From Macrostomum lignano (lineage: Eukaryota): a DNA stretch of 64,000 nt. Both the position numbers and the translations under genes were made by a program. Below the pieces are notes generated by a model. That model was not told where the DNA came from. It worked only from the letters and a program-made list of their open reading frames with translations, and made no database searches. Positions 27,519 through 60,700 of this stretch are shown here, one piece after another. The stretch covers positions 1-64,000 of the forward strand of contig NIVC01002377.1 in assembly GCA_002269645.1 (NCBI GenBank), written 5' to 3'. The stretch's first letter is position 1. Every line of letters begins with the position of its first letter.

Positions 27519-30258
27519 CTAGCAACCATCACCGGGCAGCGGAAGGCTGAAGTTGGCCACCGGCGGCAAAAAGTCGGCCTGGTGCAGTCGCAGAGCAGCC
27601 GCAGCCGCCGCAGTCAGCAGCAGCAGCAGGCAGGCGGTGACTTGTCGACAGCGGGACGACATTGTCGAAGATGCCGACAATTGACCCGACTCCGACGGCA
27701 CCATCAGGCAGGGCCGCAGCGGGGTCGGCCTCGCCGTAGCCGTGGCGGATCCCGGCGCCAGCAGGTCCACCCGGATGACGCCGCTGCCTCGGCGAAGCGA
27801 AGCCTGCGGCCCGCCGCGCCACTGGCCGAGCAGCGCCGCCGCCTCGTCCAGACTTTCGTCCGGAAGGCCGCTGCCGCCGAGTCGCCAGGCCAGTCGATGA
27901 AGCGACGAGCCGAGCAGCGCGACGGCGAGAATGGAGCCGGCCAGGAGGCCGAGCCAGCAGCCGGCAGGGCCCAGCTGCAGCCGGGCAGTGGGGATCATTG
28001 CGAGCAGAAATCCCAGCGGCAGGGCGCCGCCGGCCAGGGCGAGGGCGGCGATGCCGGCAGCGACCGACGGATGGCCAACGGCGGCTAGGGAGGCGGCGCA
28101 AGGCAGGGCGAGCGACTCGGCGAGCGGCAACGGCGCTGCAATGCCGAGTAGCCTGGCCGCCAACTCCGGCCAGCAGGGGCAGAGCCAGAGCGCCAGTGGC
28201 CAGCGGAATAGCGCCAGAGGCGTGGCGCCAACAGCGGCGCCAATAGCAAAGGCGAGGCAGAGCCCGGCGCCAAGGCTGCGCCGAGCGGATGGCGCGTCGC
28301 GCCGATCCAACTGACCGGCGACGCGGAGGCCGACCGACGTCGACGAAGCGAGCGGACCGACAGCTCGGATTAGGGCGACCATCTGAGAAAGTGATTTTAT
28401 AAAAGACTACCATTAGTAGTGTCATGATTAGTAGTCCATCCGTCACTCCATCCAAAGCTCCATCTGTCACTCTATCCATAGCTCAATCTTTCACTCCATC
28501 TGTCACTCCATCCGTCACTCCACCCAAAGCTCCATCCGTCATTCCATCCGTCACTCCATCCGTCACTCCATCCGTCACTCCATCCGTCACTCCATCCGTC
28601 ACTCCATCCGTCACTCCATCCGTCACTTCATCCGTCACTCCATCCGTCACTCCATCCGTCACTCCATCCGTCACTCCATCCAGAGCTCCATCCAGAGCTC
28701 CATCTATCACACGATTCATCACTCTATCTATAGGTCCATCTGTCACTCCATCTGTCACTCCACCCGTCACTCCACCTGTCACTCCATCTCTCACTCCATC
28801 CAAAGCTCCATCCGTCACTCTATCTGTCACGCCATCTGTCACTCCATCCCACCTGCCAAGCGACTCCTTGAGCAGCCGCCAGACCCCCAGTCGAGTCCGT
28901 CGCCACGGCAACCAGCGTTGGCGCAGCGTCGAATGCGACGCCTTCCAGAATGCCTGCGGCCAAGCCCAGCCAGACGCGCCTCTGTCGACGTCCGCCGCCG
29001 CCGCCGCGACAAATCCAAGTCGGTCCGGCGCCGATTCGACCGCCGAGTGCGGCAGCCGCCGACTCCACCGCGGCTGTCGCCAGCAATGACATCAAAGCGA
29101 CTGCCTGGGCAGCCGAGTAGCAGGCCCCGACGCCCAGGTATCGCAGGCCCCACCCGGCCGAGCCGTATACCAGCGCGCCAATGCAAGCTGCGTTGCCCAG
29201 CAACGAGCATAGCAACGGCGCCGACGGGCAGCCGGCGCCAGATAGACGGCGCGCTCGACTGAGCCAAGCAAAGCCGCAGGCGAAAACGGCGCCAGGCAGG
29301 AGCGCCAGCAGCAGGTCGGCTGACATCTGCGCCAGGTTGGGCGCCAGGCCCAGCGCCAGCAGCAGCGGGCGCGAGTTCGCCAGCAGACAGCCGGCCAGGA
29401 GTAGAGCGACGGCGCCAGCGCTGGCGCCAGACACAGCGCCGGCAGTTAGCGCCGGCGCCAAGCAGAGCCCGACAAGCAGCGGCAGCGAGACGCTGGCGGC
29501 GGACAGTTCAATCGACGACAATCGGCCGCAGGCGACAAGGCAGGAGACTTGAGGCCCGATGCCGAGAAGACCGGCTGCCGCGGCTGGTGCGTGCAGGCGA
29601 GCAGCGTCGCCGATCTCGACCAACCAGCGTCGGCAGCGCCGGCGACGACGGCATCCCTGCTGTCGACGTCGGGAGCCGGATTGGTTGAACGCGGTGGAGT
29701 TCGAGTTGATGCCCACGTAGGAGACCTCGCGGCTGAAAAAAATATCGATTTATTGAAGGTCGGTTTTTATGAACGCCGGTTTTTATGAAGGCCGGTTTTT
29801 ATGAAGGCCGGTTTTTATGAAGCCGGTTTTTATGAAAGCCGGTTTTTATGAAGGCCAGTTTTTATGAAGGCCGGTTTTTATGAAGGCCGTTTCATGAAGG
29901 CCGTTTCATGAAGGCCGTTTTATGAAGGCCGGTTTTTATGAAGGCCGTTTTATGAAGGGCCATTTTTAGGGCCGATTTTCAAAAGTCCTTTTTATGAAAG
30001 CCTGTTTTTAGGAAGTTTAGTTTTTATTAAGGCCGATTTATTGGAAGAACTAATTGGCAAGAAAGTGATTTTCAGTTTTTGGTCAATTTTTTGAAGGCCA
30101 ATTTATAGAACAGGACTTCCATGTAAAGAATTTTTTCTAGAAATTTAATCAGTTAGCATTATTAGTCAGTTAGAATATAGCAAATGACAGAGACGCACTC
30201 ACATGCTGATTGACTCCTGATCCAGATTATTGTCGTAGCTGACTGTTGGATCGTTCAT
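27519..30258 (-). CDS. Divergent MATE (SLC47/DinF-like) multidrug/cation exporter; exons 30258-30203, 29732-28853, 28382-27519 (~599 aa)
   Basis: CGRLSSIELSAASVSL, ILEGVAFD, STSVGLRVAGQLDRRDAPSARRS and LGPAGCWLGLLAG match MATE-type motifs, with many hydrophobic helices. A short ATG exon (MNDPTVSYDNNLDQESISI, donor AT|GTGAGT, phase 2) fits acceptor TTTTCAG|C, and the second junction is phase 0. Confidence 0.7.
28435..28850 (+). repeat. 12-bp minisatellite (GTCACTCCATCC)n in a MATE intron
   Basis: Tandem copies; explains the VTPS/VTDG periodic ORFs. Confidence 0.93.
29760..29960 (+). repeat. ~16-bp minisatellite (GGTTTTTATGAAGGCC)n in MATE intron 1
   Basis: About 12 imperfect copies. Confidence 0.85.
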
Positions 30259-31439
30259 GACTGCCCCCTGCCTTTCTCTAATCTGCTTCTACTGTACACC
30301 CTGCAGTATTGAGAACTCAATTCAAGCATAATTCTCTCTATTTATTTGACTAAGTCTTATCAGATCAAGAGCTCCGAAAACCGCCTTTTACAACGTGCTC
30401 TTCATTATCACTAAGCTTTGCCCGCACGTGGCACCTTAACACTCTGTTCACAGTGTCGCAGGCCCAACGTACTAGATTTGATAAGGAACTTGTATTCCGA
30501 TCGCGCTTGCAAGTAGAAATGAGGGGCAACATTGCTCGGGGAGCTGGCTACATTTGATGTCGGTGCGTATACGGACTTTACCGTCTGCGTGTTTCTTTTG
30601 TAAAAAAATAAGAGAAATCTTTAAGCCTATCTGTTAGAGAGTTGTTGAAGTGCTGGACGACTCGTATTCTGTCGCAGGTCAACTTTCGCATGTATTACAT
30701 CAATGGTCCATTCTCACTGATCCATATAGTCTTAAAGGTCGACTCTTACAGATCTAAGCTCACTGGTTTAGTCTCACTTCTCTAGTCTCACTGGTCTAAT
30801 CTCATTAGTCTACTCTCACCGATCTATAGTCTCCAAATTCGACTGTCACAGGCCTATTCTCAATGTGTGAGTTCTTATAAGAATTTCTACAATAAATAAA
30901 ACGTACGCATAAAACACTTGTCAGCAAAAATAAGCTGCTTTGAATCGATTAGTAGGTAGATAAAATCTGAGAATCTTCAGAATGCGCGCTAGTACTTTCT
31001 TTATGATGCACGTTTTTGCACATCCGGTCATGATCGCGAGACGGTCGGGATGCGGCCGAGCCCGGTGGAAGGGCTGAGTCGCAATCAGAGCATCGACTCC
31101 CTTTTCTTGCTTTTTCCTGAAGCTAAAAATTCTAACTTTCGCCAATGTCGATAACTCGGACAGCACTCCAGCAACAGCAGGGAAGCGGTTCTGTCCTTAT
31201 GCAGGCATTCTCTGTTATAACTGTGTTTTATTTTTAGCAATCCAAACCATATATATGCGTACTACTCGTAGTAGTGCAAATGCAAACATTACTGTAGTCT
31301 GGCGCATGGTCTCTAGTGTGCGCAGGGGCCACTGCATGTCTATGATGGAGGCCACACAAATCGCTTTCATCATTTAACTATATTTGAAGGCCTAGCCAGG
31401 GCCGACTGCCTCTGTCCGGGCGGGACTAGGTGGACAAGA

Positions 31440-33260
31440 AAATCGGTCAGATGCTGGACAGCGGCATCATCGAACCTGCTGCTGGTGCTCAAGAAGAACA
31501 GCGACAACCGACTCTGTGAGGACTAGCGACAGCTGAATGTCTGCACAATCAAAGACGCGCTGTTCGGATGCTCCTGGTTCTCCACCATTGACTGTCTACC
31601 ATCAGATGGAGGTGGCGCAAGAGGATCGGTTCAAGACTGCGTTCTATTCGAACCGCGGCCTGATGTAGTTCTGCAAGATGGGCTTCGGGATGTGCAACGT
31701 TTCTGTGGCTTATGGAGCTGGTCATGTCTAGTCTGTCATGGGAGTCGATGTTCTCCTGGTGATCATCAGCGGTACGTTCGACAAGTACTTGTTGAGGCTT
31801 GGTCCATCATGTTTTTCGACGCTTGAGAAGCGTGGGACTCAAACTGAACAAAGCGAAAATCGGTGCTGTACCTGGGATACCTGATCAGCATGATGCACCT
31901 GACTCTGGCAAGTTTGAGATGATTCGCATCATGCTTAGTTCAACGATAGAGGAGGAGGTGAAGCGGTTTCTCGGTATGCTGGGTTTCTACCGCCGTTTCA
32001 TCAAAAGCTTCAGCCAGCCTACAAGGGTCCTGCATGATTTCAGCCTGAAATTGAGGGACTTCGCCTGAAACAGCAACTGCGAGTGGGCGTTCAATGAGCT
32101 TAAAAACAACCTGACGACGGCCTCGGTGCTAAGATTACCGGATTTCACCAAGCAGTTCGTGCTCGGTTGCGACAGCAGCCAGTTTAAGTTCGGTGCTGTG
32201 CTCAGCCAGCTGCAGGGAGATGCCGAGCTGCCGGTGGCATTTGCCTCTCGTACCCTCTACAAGGCGACCGGGAGCTACTCTCAATGGTCTGGAGTCTGAA
32301 GCACTCCAGGACGTACCTGCTAAGTGTCCCGAAATTCACGGTCTATTTGGACCATAAGCCTCTGCAGGGTCTGTTGGCGACGAAGGACCCGGAGGGCTGG
32401 CTGGCGTGGTGGTTGTCGACTCTGCAGCAGTTCTCCTTCAATCTGTTCTAACGGCGTGGCATAGACAACGTAGTGCCGGATGCGCTGGGCCGGGTGGGCG
32501 GGGTGGCCGGCACTCGGATGCAGCCTCGGTGGGGTGACGGCGAGGAGCGACTGGAAGATCCGCTACTTAGCAAGGCGTTCCAGGTACTGGCCGAAGAGAT
32601 CGACAGTCAGTCTGAGGGTTGGGCAGCGCAGGTTCGTGAGCTGCTTGACGAAGCTGCAGTGAGTTCGGCGGGGTCCTGAAGGTCTGTGGCCGGTCAGTCA
32701 TTCCCACCTTCTGCATCAGGCTCACTCATGCAACCAGAGTGGACATCTCGGCATCGATAGGACGCCAGCGAGACTGATGGAGCACTGCCGATGGCCCGGT
32801 ATGCGGCGGGACGTAGAGAACTACTTTTAGGTGGCCAGCTGTGCTACCTGTCTAGCTAAGAAGAATCCGACCAGGCCATACAGAAGGCGCCGGAGCAGCT
32901 GGTGCAGATTGACACGGAAAAGCCGCTGCCGTGCACGACTGATGGCAATTCTTACATCCTGAACATGCCTGACACCTCCTCCAAGTGAATGAAGACGAGA
33001 GTTTTAACAGCAATCGACGTGGTGTTGAGAAGAAGAACGCTGGGCGTTGAGAAGACCCGCACGTCGCCTGTTTATTAGAGCGGAAACGGCTTCATCGAAC
33101 GAGACAATCGGACTCTAGGCGATATGCTGGCAACGACGGTGTCGGAGAACTAGCAGGACTAGGACAGGAAGCTTCGATATATTAGCTCGGCCTACAACAC
33201 CTCCGTGTACAACACCACCGGCCTCACGGTACGGCACACCACCAAGGCTGGTCCTCGACA
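31440..33260 (+). mobile_element. Decayed Ty3/Gypsy LTR-retrotransposon pol (RT-RNase H-integrase), many stops and frameshifts
   Basis: Across frames: QMLDSGIIEP, KTAFYS..GFGMCN, VKRFLGMLGFYRRFIKSFS, LRLPDFTKQFVLGCDSS..GAVLSQ..PVAFASRTL, DHKPL, NVVPDALGR, WPGMRRDVENY and AYNTSVYNTTG. LTRs were not confidently identified. Confidence 0.88.
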
Positions 33261-34548
33261 GCCGGTCGATGAACGGCGAATGGGAGAGTATCAGCCTGGG
33301 GTGAGCTCGGCGGTTTAGTTTAGTCTTCTCTTGCAACCAAAGTTCTACTTATTTTTTCCACAATGCACTGGCTAAACTGTGTACGACGCTAAACGTAGCT
33401 TTAAAACATCAAAATAATTAAACCAATCAATCTGTATTGACTAGATTAGCAATCCATTCTATTCCTGCAACCATGCATTGGCTAGATTAGCAATCCATTC
33501 TATTCCTGCATTAGTATAGTCAGTCTGAAAGCAGACGAGGTAGATATGAACTGCCTTTAGTTCCCAGTCTCTCTGATGAGGCACGATAGTTCCAAAGCTC
33601 TTTTGAAGCATAAAAAAGCTACTCGCCGGTCGGATCAGAGAAACTTAACCCCAGTCGCTACACAGGTTCGTGCCCGTCTTCCTGTATTCAAAGTTATTCA
33701 CGATGCTGCTCAAAAGATACACGCAACATCATCGTTGGATGGATTTTCTCAAGTCTGCAAATGAGGAGGCGATCAGCCGTCTCACGAACAAATTGCTACT
33801 TTTCTCGGGTCTTCTCGCTACAATTTTGCCCCGATGCTTGCCCCATATTTTGCTTCTTTTGCTTTCTTTTGCCCGCCTTTGCTTCCATCCTGCGTGCCCG
33901 CGGATTGGACGGCGGCTGTCCTCAGGGGAGGCAGGCAAATAACCGGCTGGCCAGCGGTAAGAAACAGCACGCAGGAGAGCTTACTAAAAACACCGAACTG
34001 TCATCACAAGCGAGGATTAAGACTCACTTTCAGCTGCTTTGCACGGATGAAGCTGCTGCTGTTGCTGCTGTTTTCTCCTGCTTTTATCCCTGAGCAGCTC
34101 TCTGGGTGGTGGGTCAACTCAAGGATTCAGAAGACTCAGCTCGAGAACTCTGGTGGGTGACAGACACATTTTGCGGCGTTTCTTCTATCTTCCTCACCTC
34201 CCCTCCCCTGCTGTCCAAGCCAGCTTCCTTCCCGTCTCCGAGAGAGCAAGCAAAGGCGTGGGCATCGTGCCTTCTTGCTGTTGGACCGTCTCGTGTGTCA
34301 TCTGCAGCAGAGCCCTTCGTCACATTGAAATTGAAGAAGATAAAATTCCTTCCTGATCGTCCCGGTAAAGATTCTCCCGCTTGCTTTTGATTTCGAGATC
34401 TGATTTATCATCAGCTATCCAGCTTCCGGCTTTAGAAGCCTTTGTGTGAGCCCCACCCTTCGTCATTTGCTTCTATTTTGCTAACACACTTTCCAAATTA
34501 TCAAGAAGCAGAAAAGCAGCGATAAACAACCGAAGAAAAAACGAAGAT

Positions 34549-54317
<19,769 letters not shown>

Positions 54318-55585
54318 GACTTTTGCTTTAAGTTTTAGTCTAGAAACTTTTGACTAATTGCACCTTTGATACGAAAGTCAGGAAACCTATATTAATGCCC
54401 ATAATTTCAAATATATAGCGCCCTTCTGGCACAGCATTAAGGGACCGAAGCACATAACATGTAATAAGAATTAGGAATTGACTTTACCAACAATTTGAAG
54501 GCTGTCAGTTTTTCTCCAACACTTAAGCATGAGACGTTTCCTTGGGACAGCAGAAGATATCAGAGATGTACTTGTAAAATACCGCGTCGAGTTTAAATGT
54601 TCTTATATCGTAAGCAGGAGATTCGGTTCCCTTTGCTGCTATGCTTTTGTAATAGCATGGTTTTTTTCGCAGAATTGAACTGAATGAATTTGCTAGGAAA
54701 ATTTTGCCATATTCTTGGACGTAAAATGATTTCTGTAACATTTACCCTGTATTCGGATATTATTTTTTTCTCTTGTACAACCCAATGATACGTGTAGGAA
54801 TAAGAACACCGTGCAGACGACAGTGAAATTCGATACCGACAATCGACTGTTTTTGCATGTTACAAGTACGTATGATGGGTAAGCTTTCAAATAAACAATT
54901 CCATCCTATCAAAAAAATTGCCATATTTTCAGATGCGTTGCATAATCAATCTTATAGATGTACTTCTGCAGAGTACTACTGGGATCAGACTCTCAGGGTG
55001 GGTTTTCGCATTGAAGGGATTTTTTTCATTTACTTTGCTTCTGTGTCCCAATTGAAGTAAATTTGACATTAGCTTGTCAGTCAAGGAATGATGATTTTCG
55101 ATCGTTATGTTCCAAGTTGTAATAAGCACGTGTATGTGAATTTGAACTCATGCTGCACGTTTGCAGCTCATCTAAGATTAAAAAATTGACAAGCTTGGAT
55201 TCAATTTTTTGAAGCTGCCATTTTGCCTGACAATGGCTTTTTCGCGAATCTTTATCATCGTTTCTAATAATTATTGAGTTTTAGTTTTACTCATAATGAA
55301 GCTCTATGAATCAGGGGTCGACAAACTGTTTTACCTCAAGGGCCAGGCAAAGAACCTTTGCTATTGGCTGCGGGCCGGATGAGAGAGGAGAGGGGAGGGA
55401 ATAGAGAAGAGAAAGAAGAGGAAGTAGGAGATAAGAGCTAAGAGAACAGAGGAAAGGTGAGAGAGATGAGAGAAGAGAGGAGAGCAGAGAAACGATAGAA
55501 AAGGAGAGACAGGAGAGAAGAGAAACAAGAGAAAAGGGGAGAAGAGAAACAAGTAGGATTGAGAAAAGAGGGGAGAGAGAAGGTA

Positions 55586-56117
55586 TCAGAGAGTTGAGAA
55601 GAGACCTTGAGTGGAGTACGGCGTACTGTAGTAACTGTCTGTGCTCCAGTACTCGTTCATTTCGGATTTCTTATTGGAACCCATGTAAAGGCGCATTCCT
55701 AACACTTTCTTTACTTCATTCGCACTGCAATCTCTCCATTGCGCAAAACTCCGAGGCAGGTAGTCGACATTGACAGAGTGGATCGCCGCCCAGGCTCTTC
55801 GATTAGTCCATTTTGCCAGGTCTTCGAATAGGCTATTGGACAAAAAAAGACCGAGAAAAAAAGGACGTTGCCTGCTCAACATCACCAGGTACGCAAATTC
55901 CTGGATTCAGTCCAGGTGCCCCCAGAAACTCGTGCACATTCGCCTGCACGTCATGCCCAGCAACTACAGAATGCCAAGAAAGCTCTTCCGTCTCTTCGGC
56001 AGTGCTCTGGCCGTCCGACTCACCATAATCGTCCTCTGACATGATGTCTCGTTCTTCATCGGACGTCATTAAGTCCGAATCGGAAAAACTTTCAAATTCT
56101 TCCATGAGTTCTGCCAT
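55586..56117 (-). mobile_element. Truncated piggyBac-type transposase N-terminus, frameshifted
   Basis: Acidic N-terminus, then FLSNSLFEDLAKWTNRRA..WRDCSANEVKKVLGMRLYMG..EYWSTD, typical of piggyBac/PGBD. Frameshift at the A-run near 55860. No catalytic DDD core or TTAA termini seen. Confidence 0.75.
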
Positions 56118-57735
56118 AATCTTCAGCTGTAAAATTTTCTATGTTAGTTTATGGAGACTTAGTTTTGGGCCTTATTCATATTTAATGTTTATCAGACTGG
56201 AATGACCACAGACTTAGCAAACCATTCTGCTGAAGGGAATAGTCTATGGTAAGCGCTGCATACCATCCGACCGGAACGGAGATGAATAAAATCCATAGAC
56301 ATGAGATCTATATAGCTTCTGCTCTCTAAATTTTAATGATTGACGGGGGATTCTATGGTGATCTTATTTGTAAGTGAGCTTAATTGTTTCAAGGACCTCA
56401 AAGGCATAACTCCAGTTAATTGTTGTACCGCCGTTACTTTTGGGTAATCACAGAATCAACCGTCGCAGAGCAATGCAGGAACACGAACTTCAAGAACTCG
56501 ACTAATTAAATTATTGTTGCACACCTTCTCAAATTCAATAATCAAGTCATCAGCCTTTCGGACCGTCGAGATATTGAAAAATTCTGCCATGAAGGTCAAA
56601 TTTTTCTTATAAGCGCTAGTGTATTGGATCATTACACCCTGCTGTGCGCCAATCATCACTGCGCATCAGAGCGGCCTGGCCAAGCCTCCAAAATCTTCAG
56701 CACATCAACCACGTGTCTGCATTATATCTGACTTCTTTGGTCACTGGTCTTCACCCAGGCGGAGTGCCTTCTGAACCTTCAATAAGTAGCACCAGGTGAC
56801 TATATGGGCACCCTATTGCGAATTCCTCTGATGTCTCTGTTCAAGCCTCGACATCAGTGGAGTGAGCGAGCCTCAACTGCTATCAAGCCTCAATTCTCTA
56901 TTAGTCTGTCAAGCATACAGTCCGTCATCAAGACGCCGTAGGCGGAGATCTACGTCGACATAGTTGCAACAAGGTGTCTAAAGTCACTGGTCACGGCCGT
57001 TGCGTTGAAGGAGCCGCGATGGCAAAATTGTTGAAATATCCCGACCGTCCGGAGGGCTGACGACTCGATTCTTGCTTGAGAGAGCGTACAAAAATGGTTA
57101 CCTAGCTCATGTTCTTGAATTTTGAAATATGCTCTGTTCCGGCGCAGACTAGTGATAAGATTGTCTCGACGGGCCCGGATAAGTGCGACGTCCATTTTTG
57201 TCCTACATAAGTTAAAGGGGTATATAAGACAGGCAGGTCATATTTTTAAAAATAAAAAAATTTACAGAAGAAGACGTTAAAACTTGTCAGTGCTTGTAAA
57301 AGGTTGTTTTAATTTGCATTCTTTTTAGTCTTTCTGATTTCCCAGAAATTCCAAAAAGACTCGTAATCGTGGAGTCGTGGACCAGCTAGTAGGATCACTA
57401 TATATTCTGGTTCCCAAAAGATGACTAGGTCTCGATGAGTTAGTTGTTAGTTATATGGAATACTTTAGAATATATTTTTTGACGAATGTGATGAACGAAA
57501 GCACGAAGTTTTTCGTGTCAAAATCTGTTTTTAGAACCAAAAAGCAGAAATTCGGAATGACTTGTTAACTATTTAATAATATTTGAGAACTTGTTTAAAA
57601 GCAGAATGTCTAAGACGACAACCTAGAACGCCAACTTACTAACTACTTAAGCCTTTTGACTGCTATCTTTGCTTCATTTGCTAATCAATCAATTCGATTA
57701 ATTAAAGTTTCACATCCAGATACAAACAAGATAAA

Positions 57736-60700
57736 ATGAAGTAAGTAAAAGTTATTCTACTTTCTAGTCAGTATACAGATTGTTTTTAATATTATGTAGA
57801 ATGAATATTTTCATAACCAAACACAGTTGTGAAATACAGGCCAAAAATATTTTTGACTTTATAAGACAGTTAGGCTATAGTCAATTTATAGAAGCATTTG
57901 AAAATATCTTTAAGCTGAGCTCTAATTATGTTTATGTTATATGGCTTAATTAGGGATTCCAATCCTGGGATCCCGGGATCCTAGGATTTGGCCTTGAAAG
58001 CTGGGATTTCAGTCCCAGGATTTTGGGACAAAAAGAATCCTAGGATTTGCAATCCTATGATCTAAATACTAGATACTAGGCCTAGACTATTTATCTGCTA
58101 GCTATTCATTTACAGGCAGACAAACAGTCCAAATCAAAAAGTTTTAAAACTCTTTAAGAGGTGCTGCGCTAATAAGCAAGAAGATTCTAAAATGTGTTTA
58201 CCTATGTTTTTCAAACAATTATATTCTAGAATTTTTAAAAACAAAGATAAAGTAGCCTTTGCTAAAAGTTTATAATTTCTTTGAATTTTTTATGGTAGTG
58301 GTGTGCGCCATCAGCGTACCATGATTTCAAATTCATTGCAACATTGCATTGGCACAGTATCTAAAATTCATTTTCAATGGCAAGGTACTTTCATTTGTGT
58401 AAATTACAATACAATGGCTTTTATTTTTTATTATGGCATGGTTTAGAAAAGTAGATAAGATAGCACTACTGCCTTAGTCCAGATTGATTGTATAGTGATA
58501 CATTAAAAGGACTATAACAAAGTTAGGAACTCTAGTTTACTATGCTATAAGATGAATAGATGAATAGTCCACTGGCCATTTGCGCAGGGCAGACAAATAG
58601 TCCTGGATCCTAAATACTTTGGAATCCTATATCCCAGGATTTTGGCCCTGAAATCCCGGATTTCATTTGGATTATTTTATGTTTTATAATAATGTCTATA
58701 AAATAGAACAAAAAAATTCTAACTGCATAAAATAAAGTAAAAGTACCCAAGTCTAAAAAGCACTAGGTGCACCATTGTAAATATAATTGGGTAGGCCTAT
58801 CCAACTTACTAAGTTAATAATAATTTATAAGTCATGACTATGCCTATATGTAAATGTAGTTTATTAGTCTACTTTTGCATTTGAGACCTGTACTGCAGGA
58901 ATTTCATTTGGAGGGGGTCCAAGTTTAGGGTACTAACATAAGTATGATGGGTGCCAATTGTTAAGCTATAGGTGCAAAAAATGAATATAGGGGCAAAAAA
59001 TCAAGTCTAAAGGTTGCAAACTTAGGTTTTTGGGAGGCACAATATTTTCTATCAAGCAGTTTTTTATTTCTATGTTCTATCAAGGCATCCACATACCCCT
59101 ACCTAAATCTGCCTCTGCCTAGGCCCCTGTAGACTATAGTGCAGTTTTGTCTAGAAATGTACATTAGTAATGTATAGAAATATGCAACAAGTAATTTTTT
59201 AAAGCCATTCTCATATTTAAATTACAAATTTGCAATTAAACTGGAAGCACTTTGTTGAAGTTTCTTGAATTTGAAAGTCAATATACCTTTTTTATTGCAT
59301 TGTATCTGCATATTGCAAAGCTCAGTTTTTCATAAACATTTATTATATTTTTCTTAGTGATGATGTCTTCTTCTTGACAAGTCCAGAATTTTTTAAGATT
59401 TATAATCCCTGGATTTCAGAGCCATAGGATTTTGGGATTTTTTAATCTCAAGATTGTTAATTGTAAGGATTTTAGAATCCCTAGCCCTAATTACTCTTTC
59501 ATGAAATAATTTTTTAAGTTTTAATGAATTATAAAATAAATTATTGTTATAAAAATGAAAGAATGAAAAGAAACTCTTTTAGTATATTTATCAATTTTAT
59601 AACTATATTAGGGTATTAGGCCTATAGTTTAATGTATAGCAATATATAACAAGCATAAATGAAATTTATTTTATGTGTAATGCATATGATAGGCAATTCT
59701 AGTATACAATTGAATTAATTGTTTGCGCATCTTTATCCTTTTGCACTATGGATTTATTACTAGTTTGGCATCTAGTATCTTTGTAAGCTTTTGAACTTTT
59801 TTACTTTTAAATATTTAAATCTTCTTTTTATATTCAAAGTTAATATCTAAATCTTGGCCTTTTAAACTTATTTTCTGTTCTAACTTTAAGTTCTTTATAA
59901 TTTTAAGTTAAAATGCTTCAAAAAGCATACTAGGATATTAAATTAATAGAACATTAGAAGTATTATAAAAACAAAATGCATTGGAACCAACTGGTTTGAA
60001 TTTTTACTAGTTCCTGTATCACTGTATTCTATTATTATTATCCTACTATTTATCTATTTTACCTAGATTAGGCTTATTTACGAGCGTAATTAAAATTCAA
60101 GTCACTGCCTAAAAGGCAAATAGCTTTTTTGTTTTGTTCTTTTGATTGAAGCACTTTTTAATTTATAAGTTTGTTAGTAATCAATTGCAATTTTATTATT
60201 TTAGCATATGTTTATCAATGATTTATACTTATTAGGATTCTTTGTCTCCTTGAATCCTAGCAATATAATGGATGGTAAAGGCCAAGGCATCCATGGTGCA
60301 TATAGTCATCTGCTTTTAAAAGCAGAGACTAAGTGCACCACAGGTATATTTGCTATACATCATTGCTATATAATCACTGTTGCCTTTTGCCATTTCCCCT
60401 AAGCAGATGTGTATGCAGTAAGCAGTTATAGTAGCCTAACTTTATTTATTGTTAGGCATGTACACTTTGCTGTGCTTTGGGGGTTGGCCTTCAAGGGTGT
60501 TAATTGCACAAGCAGAGCCAAGCCAAGATGTATGCTGGCACATAGGAGTGCTGCATGAGACCTCTAGGCTACATCCCTCCACAGTAAAGGTTAGAGACAT
60601 AGGCATTTTATTTGATCCTGAACTTCTTGACTGACACCAGCTGGTACCCTGGTTTGCAATTTGGTGACCAGAATTTGAACCCATGATACTAAATGCTAAT

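Noticed and set aside
30400-31200. LTR or gag of the adjacent Gypsy remnant
   Set aside because: No matching second LTR, primer-binding site or gag motif could be identified by eye.
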